Assembly (NCBI RefSeq): GCF_902713615.1 | Contig: NC_052173.1 | Coordinates: 1,701,859-1,765,858, forward strand | Direction of reading: 5' to 3' | Length of the DNA stretch: 64,000 bases | From: Scyliorhinus canicula | Taxonomy: Eukaryota | Shown here: piece by piece, positions 51,646 through 63,044 of the stretch | Numbering within the stretch: position 1 is the first letter of the stretch | Layout of the letters: each line of letters starts with the position of its first letter | The notes under the pieces: generated by a model | What the model saw: only the letters and a program-made list of their open reading frames with translations | Database searches by the model: none | What the model was told of the DNA's origin: nothing | Program-made: the position numbers and the translations under genes

Positions 51646-51680
51646 CACCTGAGGAAGGAGCTGCGCTCCGAAAGCTCGTG
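51646..51680 (+). ncRNA. Minimal type I hammerhead ribozyme motif within a Penelope-like terminal repeat (about 51640-51767)
   Basis: CAC-CUGAGGA-A-GGAGC-UGC-GCUCC-GAAAGCUC-GUG: CUGANGA and GAAA cores, 5-bp stem II, palindromic AGCU stem III, CAC/GUG stem I. Confidence 0.75.
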
Positions 51681-51773
51681 TTTGAAACAAACCTGTTGGA
51701 CTTTAACCTGGTGTTGTAAGACGTCTTACTGTGCTCACCCAAGTCCAACGCCGGCATCTCCACATCAGGGAGG

Positions 51774-52273
51774 NNNNNNNNNNNNNNNNNNNNNNNNNNN
51801 NNNNNNNNNNNNNNNNNNNNNNNNNNNNNNNNNNNNNNNNNNNNNNNNNNNNNNNNNNNNNNNNNNNNNNNNNNNNNNNNNNNNNNNNNNNNNNNNNNNN
51901 NNNNNNNNNNNNNNNNNNNNNNNNNNNNNNNNNNNNNNNNNNNNNNNNNNNNNNNNNNNNNNNNNNNNNNNNNNNNNNNNNNNNNNNNNNNNNNNNNNNN
52001 NNNNNNNNNNNNNNNNNNNNNNNNNNNNNNNNNNNNNNNNNNNNNNNNNNNNNNNNNNNNNNNNNNNNNNNNNNNNNNNNNNNNNNNNNNNNNNNNNNNN
52101 NNNNNNNNNNNNNNNNNNNNNNNNNNNNNNNNNNNNNNNNNNNNNNNNNNNNNNNNNNNNNNNNNNNNNNNNNNNNNNNNNNNNNNNNNNNNNNNNNNNN
52201 NNNNNNNNNNNNNNNNNNNNNNNNNNNNNNNNNNNNNNNNNNNNNNNNNNNNNNNNNNNNNNNNNNNNNNNNN
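51774..52273. other. Assembly gap (500 N)
   Basis: Run of N. Confidence 1.
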
Positions 52274-52518
52274 CCCCCCCCAAGATGATTGTCATTTGAG
52301 AGTTTCCCAACTGCACTCTCAAAAAATACCCTTTAATACCTTCTCTCATAATTCTGCTTTCCCGTCAAGGTTTGCATTTCAAAATCCGGGAAAGGTTTTC
52401 CAAATGACGCTTTTAAACAGTAAATCCAGTCCAGGATTTGTTTTTCTTGACTACTGGACAAACTGCTCACAATTGCTTTAACTCTCAAGTCCCAGACTAT
52501 ATTAAATAGGTATCAGAA

Positions 52519-53567
52519 TTTTGGGTGCGATTTAACTAAATGGGAACAAAGTCCCATAGCGAGCGTGTTTGGCTGCGTGTTTAGGTGCATCATTCGGGTT
52601 TGATGTGGGGCCTCAGCAGGGATATAGCCCCATTTTCTCATAGAATTTACAGTGCAGAAGGAGGCCATTCGGCCCATTGAGTCTGCACCGGCTCTTGGAA
52701 AGAGCACCCTACCCAAGGTTAACACTTCCACCCTATCCCCATAACCCAGTAACCCCACCCAACACTAAGGGCAATTTTGGACACTAAGGGACAATTTAGC
52801 ATGGCTTATCCACCTAACCACATCTTTGGACTGTGGGAGGAAACCGGAGCACCCGGAGGAAACCCACGCACACACGGGGAGGACGTGCAGACTCCACACG
52901 GACAGTGAACCAAGCCGGAATCAAACCTGGGACCCTGGAGCTGTGAAGCCACAGTGCTAACCACTGTGCTACCGTGCTGCCCAAACAATACCACTACGCT
53001 ACTGCCTCCCCATGCACTGAGGAGCTCCGCTCGCCAGAACTCGCGAGAGATTGGGACGCCATTTTTAAATGTCGCCCCAACTCACTATGAGGGTGGGTGT
53101 GTGTGTGCGCGCGCGCCTACCAACCCCACCCAAACACCCTTGCAGGGCATCCCCAGCCAGATCGCTGCCATGCGGAAAAATGCCAGCTTGCCAGTGCCAG
53201 TCTGGCACCCAGGTGCATGCTGGCAGTGCCAGGGTACCACCTTGCCCAAAGGGCATGCACCTGGGGGCCCCCCACATGTGCTGTTCCGTCTGGTCCCCAT
53301 TTGTGGAGACCAGTACTGAACGGCGCTCGCCCGAGTTCTCCAAGGACAAAGGGATCGATCACAACATGTCAGGTGCCTGCCTTGGGAAACTGCATATTAG
53401 AGTGAGACTAGCTGTCTCGTTCCTATATGCAGATTTGCCAAGAAGTGATCTCGCCCACAATGGGAGGGCTTCACATCGCAACGTCTCGTGAGATCGCATT
53501 AGGTCTTGCGAGCCTTGTAGATGCCCGAGCTGCTTTTCAGGCGTAACGAGGCCATTCGATCATGCCC
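52519..53567. mobile_element. Non-autonomous DNA transposon (MITE-like), interrupted by a SINE at 52638-52982
   Basis: Imperfect terminal inverted repeats GGGTGCGAT...ATCATGCCC, GC-rich interior; an internal piece recurs inverted at about 54575-54675. Confidence 0.45.
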
Positions 53568-55399
53568 TTGTTACCGTTGAAGGCTGTTGTCCCACTTTAA
53601 ATCTGGTTATTGCAATTATCTCAGTAACTCAGAACATTTTATTGCTTCTTGGCCTTTTGTCTCTGATCAAGCGTCAGATCGAGCCCAAGATGAGGTGCAA
53701 TACCGTTTCTTGTCAGCTTGGATCTTGTGTGTCTCCCTTACGGCGACCATGAATTGAGTTCAAGTTGAATTGTTTTTTGGAGCAAGCAATAAGATGGATT
53801 AAGGGTTTGCCCTGTCCACTCTGCGCATTTGGCTTTGTAACTTTAAGGATGGGATAAAAAATTGTTTTAACTCGGAACTTTTTGGTTACTCCTTGAATTC
53901 TTCTAAACAATACCTAGGTCTCTCTTCACTTCGCTCCAGACTTCGAGGACACTTCTTCATTTTTCTAGTTTCCCTGAACAAGCTGCTCTTCAGATCTCTG
54001 CACTTGTTGTCTTAATCATTACTCCGTGGTATGGCTTTTCTTCTAGCAAAGCTGACAGAGATGTTCTCTCTAGCCTTCTAAAGCAAATGCTTCTAGCAGA
54101 GCAGCGCGAGTTGCCTTCTCTCTCACTACATATCTCCAACTGCAATTAAATTAGCTAAACTAAAACATAAAAGTTTCTCTTCCTTACAAGACCCCAGTTG
54201 CTAAGTAACCCCCCACATGCTTATGCGCTTTATTTATTCTTCACGCTGTAGCCCTCTCTAAGCGCAATAGAAACACTGTTGGAACTTAACCAATCCCCAC
54301 ACATACAAATACCCTTGTTCAGCAGGAATCTAACTACAGGTTTTACCTTTCCAGGCACAGAAACATGAAATCAAACCCACTTAAAACAATACCTTGTTTC
54401 TAACGCTTATCAATACAACAATTGTTTTCACAACAAACCGGAGGAAACCCACGCAGACACGGGGCGAACGTGCAGACTCCACACAGATTGTGACCCAAGC
54501 CGGGAATTGAACCTGGGACCCCGGTGCTGTGAAGCAACAGTGCTAGTCTCTGTGCTATCGTGCTTCCCCCGAAGGCAGTTTCCCAAGGCGGGCACCCGTG
54601 GTGTTGGGATCGATCCCTTTCTCATTGGAGACATCGGGCAAGTGTCTTTCAGTACTGGTCTCCACAAATGGGGAGTTTTGTCCACAAATGCACTCGATGG
54701 GCCGAATGGCGTCCTTCTGCACTGTTTGTTCTATGTAAATGCTTTTCATATTTGGGAGAGGGGTGACATCGTATTGTAAGCACAGGAACAGTTTCTCCCT
54801 CCGATTCTGTTTGGAGTATGATGTAAACACATTATCATAGAATTTACAGTGCAGAAGGAGGCCATTCAGCCCATCGTGTCTGCACCGGCTCTTGGAAAGA
54901 GCACCCTACACAAGGTCAACACCTCCACCCTATCCCCATAACCCAGTAACCCCACCCAACACTAAGGGCAATTTTGGACACTAAGGGCAATTTATCATGG
55001 CCAATCCACCTAACCTGCACATCTTTGGACTGTGGGAGGAAACCGGAGCACCCGGAGGAAACCCACGCACACACGGGGAGGACGTGCAGACTCCACACAG
55101 ACAGTGACCCAAGTCGGGAATCGAACCTGGGACCCTGGAGCATTGAAGCAGTTGTGCTAGCCACAATGCTACCGTGCTGCCCATGAACACAATGCAGAAC
55201 GATCTGGGAAATGAAAGTGAATAATTCATAAACAAACTAATAAAGCTTTGTCCATGGATAATGTTAGTCCATTTTGAACAGATTTGATGATTTGTAATGT
55301 CATGGGTAATAAGCTATTCAGAAGCTTCCATCGTTCAAGTTTATATTTAGTTGATATATTCGGGAGGTTTTACAAAGTGACCATTTAATGAGATTTAAT

Positions 55400-56582
55400 G
55401 GTCCTGCACCTCTGTTTTCACCCCTTCCCCTCCCACCCAGACCCAGGATAGGGTCCCTCCTATCCTCACTTTCCACCCCACCAGCCTTTGCATTCAAAGA
55501 ACCATCCTGCACCCGTTCCGTCAACTCCTTCACGATGCCACCACTACACATCTTCCCCTCACTCCTCCGGGCAGCTTTTTCCAGGAACTGCTCCCTCCAG
55601 GATACCTTGATCCACTCCTCCATTGCCCCCAACACCTCACCCCTTTGCCATGCAATTGTAGAAGGTGCAACGCCTGCCCCTTTCCTCCTCACCATCTAAG
55701 GGCGTAAACACTCTTTTCAGGTGAAGCAGCACATCATGTGCACCTCCTTCAATCCGGTCTATTGCAATCGCTGCTTCCAATGTGGTATATTCTACATAAG
55801 AGAGACTAAAAAGTAAAGTCGCCACAGTCTCAGGTGACCATAGGCTGTTTTCCCCTTTGAGAGAGAGCTGATGGTGATGATTTAACCCGAGGATCACCAC
55901 AGCTCGGGCGAGGGGCAAGGTGGGGCCTTCATGATTAACCTCAGACGGTAGGGGAATTGAACGTGGGCTGTGGGCCTTGCTCTGCATCACAAACCAGCTG
56001 CCCAGCCAACTGAGCTACACCAGCCATTGGAGAGACTAAACGCAGACTGGGTGACTGCTTTGCAGAACACGTCTGGTCCGTCCGCAAGCAGGACCCAGAC
56101 CTTCCTGCTGCTGCCATTTCAGCTTACCGCCCTGCTCTCACGTCCACATGTCCGTCCTTGTCCTGCTGCAATGTCCGAGTGAAGCCCAGCGCTAACTGGA
56201 GGAACAGCACCTCATCTTCCAATTAGGCACGTCACAGCCTTCCGGACCGAACATGGAGTTCAATAACTTCAGACTGTGAACTCTCTCCTCCACCTTCACC
56301 ATTTCTTCCCCTTTCCTCGTTGCCCTTTGACACTCTGCTTACCTTTATTCTGCCGTTCACACATTCTAATCTCTTTATGTGCCGCTATCAGCTCCCTTCT
56401 TAGCCTTTTTGTCGATGACATCTTTGTCAATCTCTTCCCAGCCTGCATCTGTCCAGCTCCACCCGTTGCGGACAGGATAAATCTGACCCTATTTCCAGTT
56501 CTGTCCCTTTGACGAAGACTCATCGAAATGTCAGCTCCCTTCTCTCTCCACAGAGGCTGTCAGACCTGCTGAGATTGTCCAG
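55400..56582 (+). mobile_element. Penelope-like element remnant with GIY-YIG endonuclease, interrupted by a SINE
   Basis: FQVKQH.MCTS.N.VYC.RC..CG..YI / GETKRRLGDCFAEH, KLEEQHLIF; typical tail CACAGAGGCTGTCAGACCTGCTGAG. Confidence 0.75.
55811..56024 (-). mobile_element. tRNA-derived SINE inserted in the Penelope GIY-YIG region, imperfect 16-bp TSD
   Basis: Head GGCTGGTGTAGCTCAGTTGG...GTTCAATTCCC; TSD CATAAGAGAGACTAAA (55795-55810) and CATTGGAGAGACTAAA (56025-56040). Confidence 0.75.
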
Positions 56583-56720
56583 TATGTAAATTAAATGAGA
56601 TTTTTTTGTTTGTATTTTATTCCTGTAGCACATTTAACCTTGTGTGAGAAGTGAACCCTAATTAAAAGGTCCCGGGAGCAAAATGGGAATGTTATTTTAG
56701 GATAGATTGGACATTTTTAT

Positions 56721-56726
56721 AAAAAA
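56721..56726 (-). terminator. RNA polymerase III oligo-dT terminator of tRNA-Ser
   Basis: T6 run on the minus strand about 10 nt downstream of the tRNA 3' end. Confidence 0.85.
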
Positions 56727-56735
56727 TGTACACAT

Positions 56736-56817
56736 CGTCACGAACAGGATTCGAACCTGTGCGGGGAGACCCCATTGGATTTCGAGTCCAACGCCTTAAC
56801 CACTCGGCCACCGTGAC
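56736..56817 (-). tRNA. tRNA-Ser (anticodon CGA), 82 nt, intronless, long variable arm
   Basis: GTCACGGTGGCCGAGTGGTTAAGGCGTTGGACTCGAAATCCAATGGGGTCTCCCCGCACAGGTTCGAATCCTGTTCGTGACG: acceptor stem, D arm, TTGGA/TCCAA anticodon stem with CGA, GGGG/CCCC variable arm, GGTTCGAATCC B box, G discriminator. Confidence 0.97.
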
Positions 56818-56819
56818 TC

Positions 56820-57363
56820 ATAACGAACCAGCCGAGAGCGGTTTGAATGTAAGGCTGGATCGGGCCCCGGTCTGGCGGGGAAGCTGCTGACCGGGGGGAG
56901 GAAAGGATCGCTGCCGCTCCAACTCGGATGGATTTTTAAAATCGCAAACACCCCCCACCCCACATCAGCGAACGGAGGTAAATGCGGAATATCCGCCGAA
57001 ATGTGAACTTTGCTGAACGGCTCCCGCTTGGACTCTTTCAATCCACCGCGGGGGGGGAGACAAGTCGGGGATCCTCGGCATTAGTTTGCAGGCCGTGCTG
57101 GCAATCTAGCACGGCGTCGATAATGTGGAATCATCTGACTGCCATTGAGGAATGATGTTGGGTGCTGCTCTGTTCCCTAGTTTGGGTTTTGTTTCACCCC
57201 TAAACCTGGCCGATCCCCCCCCTCTCCTCCCAGTGGGCCGCTCCGGGATTTGGCGGGATTTTGCTGCAGCGCCGGTTGTCCACATTTCCCTCAGGAAAAC
57301 GGCCTGAAATATTTCAACCGTTTGACTCGGAAACTTTCGGGAAAGTAGTTTGCGAAATATCAG
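56820..57363 (+). promoter_or_regulatory. CpG-rich promoter and probable non-coding first exon of TIMELESS, with E2F-type sites
   Basis: Local CpG enrichment; TTTGGCGGGA at 57249-57258 and TGGCGGGGAA near 56873; strong donor CAG|gtgagc at 57363/57364 upstream of the acceptor at 58865/58866. Confidence 0.6.
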
Positions 57364-58912
57364 GTGAGCTTCCTACCTCCTTTGGTCAAGTTTTGCCCAA
57401 ATGAAACCCCTTCAACCAGAATGGCTCCAGCGTGCAGCCCGGCCTATCTCCACTTCCAACATAATCTTGCATTTTAATTGCAATTTATTCTCACTCGCTT
57501 TATCTTCAAGTGTTTCCCCCACCCCAAATTGAAGCAATGCCTCTCATTGCATTTTTACATATTTTAAGGTGTGCATCCATTTAAAAAAAACAAACATGAA
57601 TTCTAATAATATAATAAAGTAGAAATTCAGCCTGTCTGCAAAGATGAGCTGACAGCAGGGTGAGTGAAGGCCTCACAAAGATGGTCCAAGGCAGCATCCA
57701 AACACCACTGGCACATGTTTAATGTTTCCCCCTTATTTCTAACATTGACCTGATGGATAATTAAAATCTGCTTCCACACATTTTGTTGCTGGTTCAACAG
57801 CCATTTATTTACAGGACCCTTAAAATGTAGGTCTCCCATTGCCCTGTTTTGTATTAGCGTGCTGTCAGTGACACTCTGTGTAGAAAATTGTATTCATTCA
57901 TTCATTGGAAACTATACTTTTCCCCCCCATTTTACAGTCAGTGGCAAGGTACAAAGGGTCAGGTGTCCCTTTATCATTACGGTTTGCATTACCGTTACTC
58001 AACCTACACAACTCGAGGATGGCAAAGGATAAGAGAAGGACGAAGGAGCGTTTCCTGTTAAATTAGCTCTTCAAGACCTACTGGGTATAGCTCTAAATTG
58101 TCCTAGGTTCCCTAATCTGCAGCTTTAATTTTAGACAGTTCGAGTGTTAGAATTGGTCTCAGTATCAGGGGAAATTGGGTCGGTGATATATTGCCTATTG
58201 TTACTGTACTAATAAAAGTACCGGTGACAAGAATTATTTATTTATTTTTAAAATAAATTTAGAGTACCCAATTCATTTTTTCCCCAATTAAGGGGGAATT
58301 TAACGAGTCCAATCCACCTAGCCTGCACATCTTTGGGTTATGAATGAAATGAAAATCGCTTATTGTCACGAGTAGGCTTCAATGAAGTTACTGTGAAAAG
58401 CCCCCAGTCGCCACATTCCAGCGCCTGTTCGGGGAGGCTGGTACGGGAATTGAACCCGTGCTGCTGGCCTGCCATGGTCTGCTTTAAAAGCCAGCTGTTC
58501 AGCTATTTAGCCCAGTGTGCGAAACCCACGCAAACACGGGGAGAATGTGCAAACTCCACGGACAGTGACTCAGAGCCGGGATCAAACCTGGGACCTCGGC
58601 ACCGTGAGGCAGCAGTGCTAACCACTGCGCCAGCATGCTGCCCGATGAGAATTGTTTTACTCGTTGGAAGAGAGTGGGAGACACTGAGGCAAGAGTCATC
58701 ATAGGTGGTTCTTGTGATTACCCCCCCCAAAAATAATTCTTGAGCAGTGTTCCTTTAGGCAGGTCTCCTGCATTGTAACAGTACTATGAATTTTCTGCAC
58801 TGACCCTCATATAGCTGGTTGAATTTCACCCGTTTCTCTCTCCGTTTTGCTCTTTGCTGTTCCAGGTTGCTTCAGCCCTCTGCCTCTGCTGCTTTAAGGA
58901 GTGCACCTGAAA

Positions 58913-58997
58913 ATGATGAACTGTGAATTATTAGCAACGTGCAGTGCCCTGGGGTATCTGGAAGGTGACAACTATCACAAAGAGCCTGATTGCTTAG
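58913..58997 (+). CDS. TIMELESS: TIMELESS first coding exon (exon acceptor at 58866)
   Basis: [28 protein letters not shown](E) then TTAG|gtaagt; matches the vertebrate TIMELESS N-terminus; polypyrimidine tract and ttccag acceptor upstream. Confidence 0.95.
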
Positions 58998-59309
58998 GTA
59001 AGTCACTTCAGACCCAAACTTTCCGTCATGATTTAAATGTTGTGCTCTTTACATCCTGAAGCTTAATTCTTCAAATTGTTGTAAAGCGGTAATCATCATG
59101 GGAAGGTTTAGATGACAACAAAGCCCACATTGACAAAGCACCAGTTATAATTATAATTGCCTGAACTTTGCCTGTTTGCTGTGTTAATTATGCAGATAAG
59201 TGTTATTCCTTTTACTTGCCACGTTGACTCTCAAAGTGATTTTTTTTTTGCCAGACAGGAATAAACGATTGTTGCCGTTCAACCATGAACTCTTTGAATG
59301 TTTGCCATT

Positions 59310-60250
59310 GCCTATCCACCGTCATCCCTTTAAGTAACCTTTCCTAATCCATTATAGCCAATTCGCGCCTCATACCATCGTAGCTTCCTTTATTATGATT
59401 CAGGACCTTAGTCTCCGAATCAACTACTTCACTCTACATCGTGATGGAGAATTCTATCATATTATGGTCGCTCATCCCCAAGGAGTGTTGCACGACTAGG
59501 TTGCCAATTATTCCCTTCTCATTATACAATACCCAGTCGAGGATGGCCTGTTCTCTTGTGGGGTCCTCCAAAGTGTCCTCAACGGCCACTCCAGCTCCGA
59601 AACCTGGACTTCTAGGAGCTGCAGCTGGAAACACGTCCTGCACGCATGCTGGCCCTGGGCTCTAGAAATGTTCCCAGCTTCCCACATAAGGCAGAAAGAG
59701 CACACCAAAGCTTTGAGCTATCCTTCCATGGCTTACCCCTTTAAATTAATTGAAACCTTTTGGAAAATACTTAATGTCAAATAATATCAGTACTCTAGGG
59801 TCCTTCCCTGCTCCTTGTTGTTACAGAATTTTGTTGTTCTTTGGCAATCACCCGCTAACGACTATGATTGTTCACTAAGAAACTAGGTAGTTGCCTGGTG
59901 TGGGACATCTTTTAACATGGGTATGCTGCAGCACATCAGCAGACACATGGTCTTTCACAGAGGGTAGGTCCAGTTCAGTGGCAGGGGAACCTCAGCGACT
60001 GGGGATCTCCCTACTGCTTCAGCCTTCATCTGCCATCACAGCACCTGATCCGCTGTTGAGGACTTGTTTTGGTTCACGCTTTGCCTGGTTCCTCCCCTCC
60101 GACCTTACCGTCATGCGTGACCCTGTCAGTAGCTTAAGATTCCTGATGGCATTGCTCTTGAGATCAACGGAACGTTCAAGCCTCTCCACCACGACAAGGT
60201 GGCAATCCAAGGAAAGGAATGTTACAGGATATAGCCCTTACAAACGATGA
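59310..60250 (-). mobile_element. CR1/L2 fragments in TIMELESS intron (ORF1 zinc finger, endonuclease and RT pieces)
   Basis: VCSFCLMWE...HACRTC (ORF1), EDPTREQAILDWVL...SDHNMIEF (endonuclease). Confidence 0.65.
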
Positions 60251-60769
60251 ACCACAAAATAAGACCTCAAAATTATTAGTGATGAAAGAAGTAAATACTT
60301 ACCCGACCATACTTGCCCAATTAGCTGCTTCTACTTAGAATCATCATAGAATCGCTACAGTGCAGAAGGAGGCCACTCAGCCCATCGAGTCTGCACCGAC
60401 CCTCGGAAAGAGCGCCCCACCAAGGTCCACTCTCCGCCCTATCCCAGTAGCCCCACCTAACCGTTGGACACTAACGGGCAATTTAGCATTGACAATCCAT
60501 CTAACCTGCACATCTTTGGACTGTGGGAGGAAACCGGAGCACCCGGAGGAAACTCACGCAGACACGGGGAGAACGTGCAGAATCTACACAGATAATGACT
60601 CGAGGTCAGAATCAAACCCGGGTCATTTATGCTGTGAGGCAGCAGTGCTAACCACTGTGCCACTAACAACTGTGCCACCACTATGTCACTTGAATCCTGG
60701 CGCCAGTTCAGGAAATCCAAATTAGCTCTCTGCTCTCAGTCTCGTAGTAATAATAATAATTATTATTCT

Positions 60770-61370
60770 GGGCTTTATTAACAGGGGCAGAGAGTACAAG
60801 AACAAGGAGGTTATGCTGAATTTATACAAGACACTAGTCAGACCTCAGCTTGAATATTGTGCACAGTCCTGGGCGCTACACTATAGGAAGGATGTGAGCA
60901 CACTGGAGTGAGTGCAGAAATTGTTTACAAGGATGCTTCCAGGGATGAGAAACTTCAGTCATGAGGATAGATCGGAGAGGATGGGACTGTTCTGAGGAGA
61001 AGGCTAAGAGAAGGTTTGATAGAGGTGTTCAAAATCACAAAGGGGCTGGACAGAGTAGATCGGGAACAACTGTTCCTGCTCGTAAAAGGATCAAGAATGA
61101 GAGGGCACAGATTTAAAGAGATTTGCAAAAGAAGCAAATGTGATATGAGAAAATCTTTTTCACCCAGTGAGTGGCTGGGGTCTGGAATGTGCTGCCTGGA
61201 AGTGTTCAATCGAGGCATTTGAGAGGACATAAAATGATTGTTTCTATTCAAACAACATGCAGGGGTACGGGGGAAAGGCAGGAGAATGGCACTCGGTCAT
61301 ATGCTCATTTGGAGAGTCTGTGCAGACAATATGGGCAAATGGCCTCCTCTTGCGCCGTAACCATTCTGTG
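60770..61370 (+). mobile_element. CR1 3' fragment
   Basis: YKNKEVMLNLYKTLVRPQLEYC, IEVFKI.KGLDRVD, RGHRFK. Confidence 0.8.
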
Positions 61371-62318
61371 AAGTGTTGTTACTAGAAAATAAAATAGAAT
61401 TTACAACACAGAAATAGACCATTCAATTCCTCTGCTCCTTGCCGGTATTTCTGTTCCACACAAGCTACCTCCCACACCACCTTCATCCCAATCCCTTCAC
61501 CATATCCTTTAATTCATTTCTCCCTCTTTATCCAACTTCCCCTTAAATGTATCCATACTATTTGCCTCGACTATCCCTGTGGTTGCGAGTTCTACATTCT
61601 CACCACTCTGGACAAAGACGTTTCTCCCGCATTCCCCCGGTTGGATTTATTAATGACTACCTTGTATTTATGGCCCTTCGATTTGGTCTCCCCACAAGTG
61701 AAAACATCTTCTCTACCCTGCCAGGCCGTTTCATAAGCTTATAAACCTCTCTGAGATCACCCCGTTAATGTACGTCAATGTACAACTTGATTCTTGTCCC
61801 AATGATGGCCGGACTCGACCATCCTAATACTTCAAAATGTACAGCACTTTGTCTCATTGACGAGCATCTGAACATGCTTCCTGCTGTGAATTAGTTCAAG
61901 AAAGCCGTGCGTTTTACGCAGACAAATTCAACAATCATTCTGTTCTAGCAATGTTCCATGAACAAGAACATGTTTGCAAGAGTAGTGTTGGGCAGATTCA
62001 ATCCTCCATTCGGCCCATCGTGCCAGTGCCAACTCTTTGAAAGAGCTATCCAATTAGTCCCACTGCTCTTTCCCCATGGCCATGCAAATCTTTCTGAATC
62101 TAAGAATTCTTTCTGGAAAATGCACATGTGGCTATTGGACAGGAACAGTGTTGGGTTTGGTTGTATGGTAGCATAGCCAGTCAGCACTTACTTTTGGCTC
62201 ATACTTGAGTGCAACCAGTGCCCCAACCAGAGCCTTCAGGAAAAGAGTGGAGAAAATTAAAAGTGACGTTTGTTTTCAAAAGTAAATGTTGTGACTGGAA
62301 TTATTTTTTGTTTTTCAG

Positions 62319-62472
62319 AGAGCATCAAGGACCTAATCAGGTACCTGAGACATGAAGATGAGACTAGAGACATTCGGCAGCAGCTAGGAACTGCACAGAT
62401 TCTACAGAATGACTTGCTACCCATTATCGCACAGTACCCCGAGGAGAAGATGCTCTATGAAGCAGTTATCAG
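62319..62472 (+). CDS. TIMELESS: TIMELESS second coding exon (154 bp); gene continues beyond the window
   Basis: tttttcag|AGAGC...ATCAG|gtatga; (E)[50 protein letters not shown](R). Confidence 0.95.
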
Positions 62473-62517
62473 GTATGAATCAAATTTAAATGACTTTTGC
62501 TGCATGGAGCATTTTTG

Positions 62518-62968
62518 CAGAACAAATCACCTATTTCAGATAAACTGATTCACTGCTGTAGTTTGAGACATCATTTAAATGGGGGCATAGCCTCAAAATA
62601 AGGGGAAGTAGATTTAGAACTGAGTTTAGGAGGAACTTCTTCACCGAAAGGGTTGTGAATCTATGGAATTCCTTGCCCAGTGAAGCAGTTGAGGCTCCTT
62701 CATTACATGTTTTTAAGGTAAAGATAGATAGTTTTTTGAAGAATAAAGGGATTAAGGGTTATGGTGTTCGGGCCGGAAAGTGGAGCTGAGTCCACAAAAG
62801 ATCAGCCATGATCTCATTGAATGGCGGAGCAGGCTCGAGGGGCCAGATGGCCTACTCCTGCTCCTAGTTCTTATGTTCTTATGTTCTTATGTAAATGCAA
62901 AGACTGTCTCTGCATTTAAATGGTGTCTCAAACTACAGCAGTTTATCTGAAATAGGTGATTTGTTCTG
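62518..62968. repeat. Fold-back palindrome (MITE-like) split by a CR1 3' fragment
   Basis: 62518-62581 is the reverse complement of 62913-62968 apart from one short indel and a substitution. Confidence 0.85.
62582..62891 (+). mobile_element. CR1-clade LINE 3' end with (TTCTTATG)n tail and 6-bp TSD TAAATG
   Basis: GHSLKIRGSRFRTEFRRNFFTERVVNLWNSLP; TSD at 62576-62581 and 62892-62897. Confidence 0.88.
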
Positions 62969-63044
62969 TTGTAATCAAATAGATATGGAGTTAATTAAAT
63001 ATCCATTTGGCTCTTCCAAAGGGAGGTTTTCTTTGAGGGGCTTT

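Noticed and set aside
53690-54420. Possible solo LTR (also about 86-286)
   Set aside because: LTR-like composition, but I could not establish termini or TSDs.
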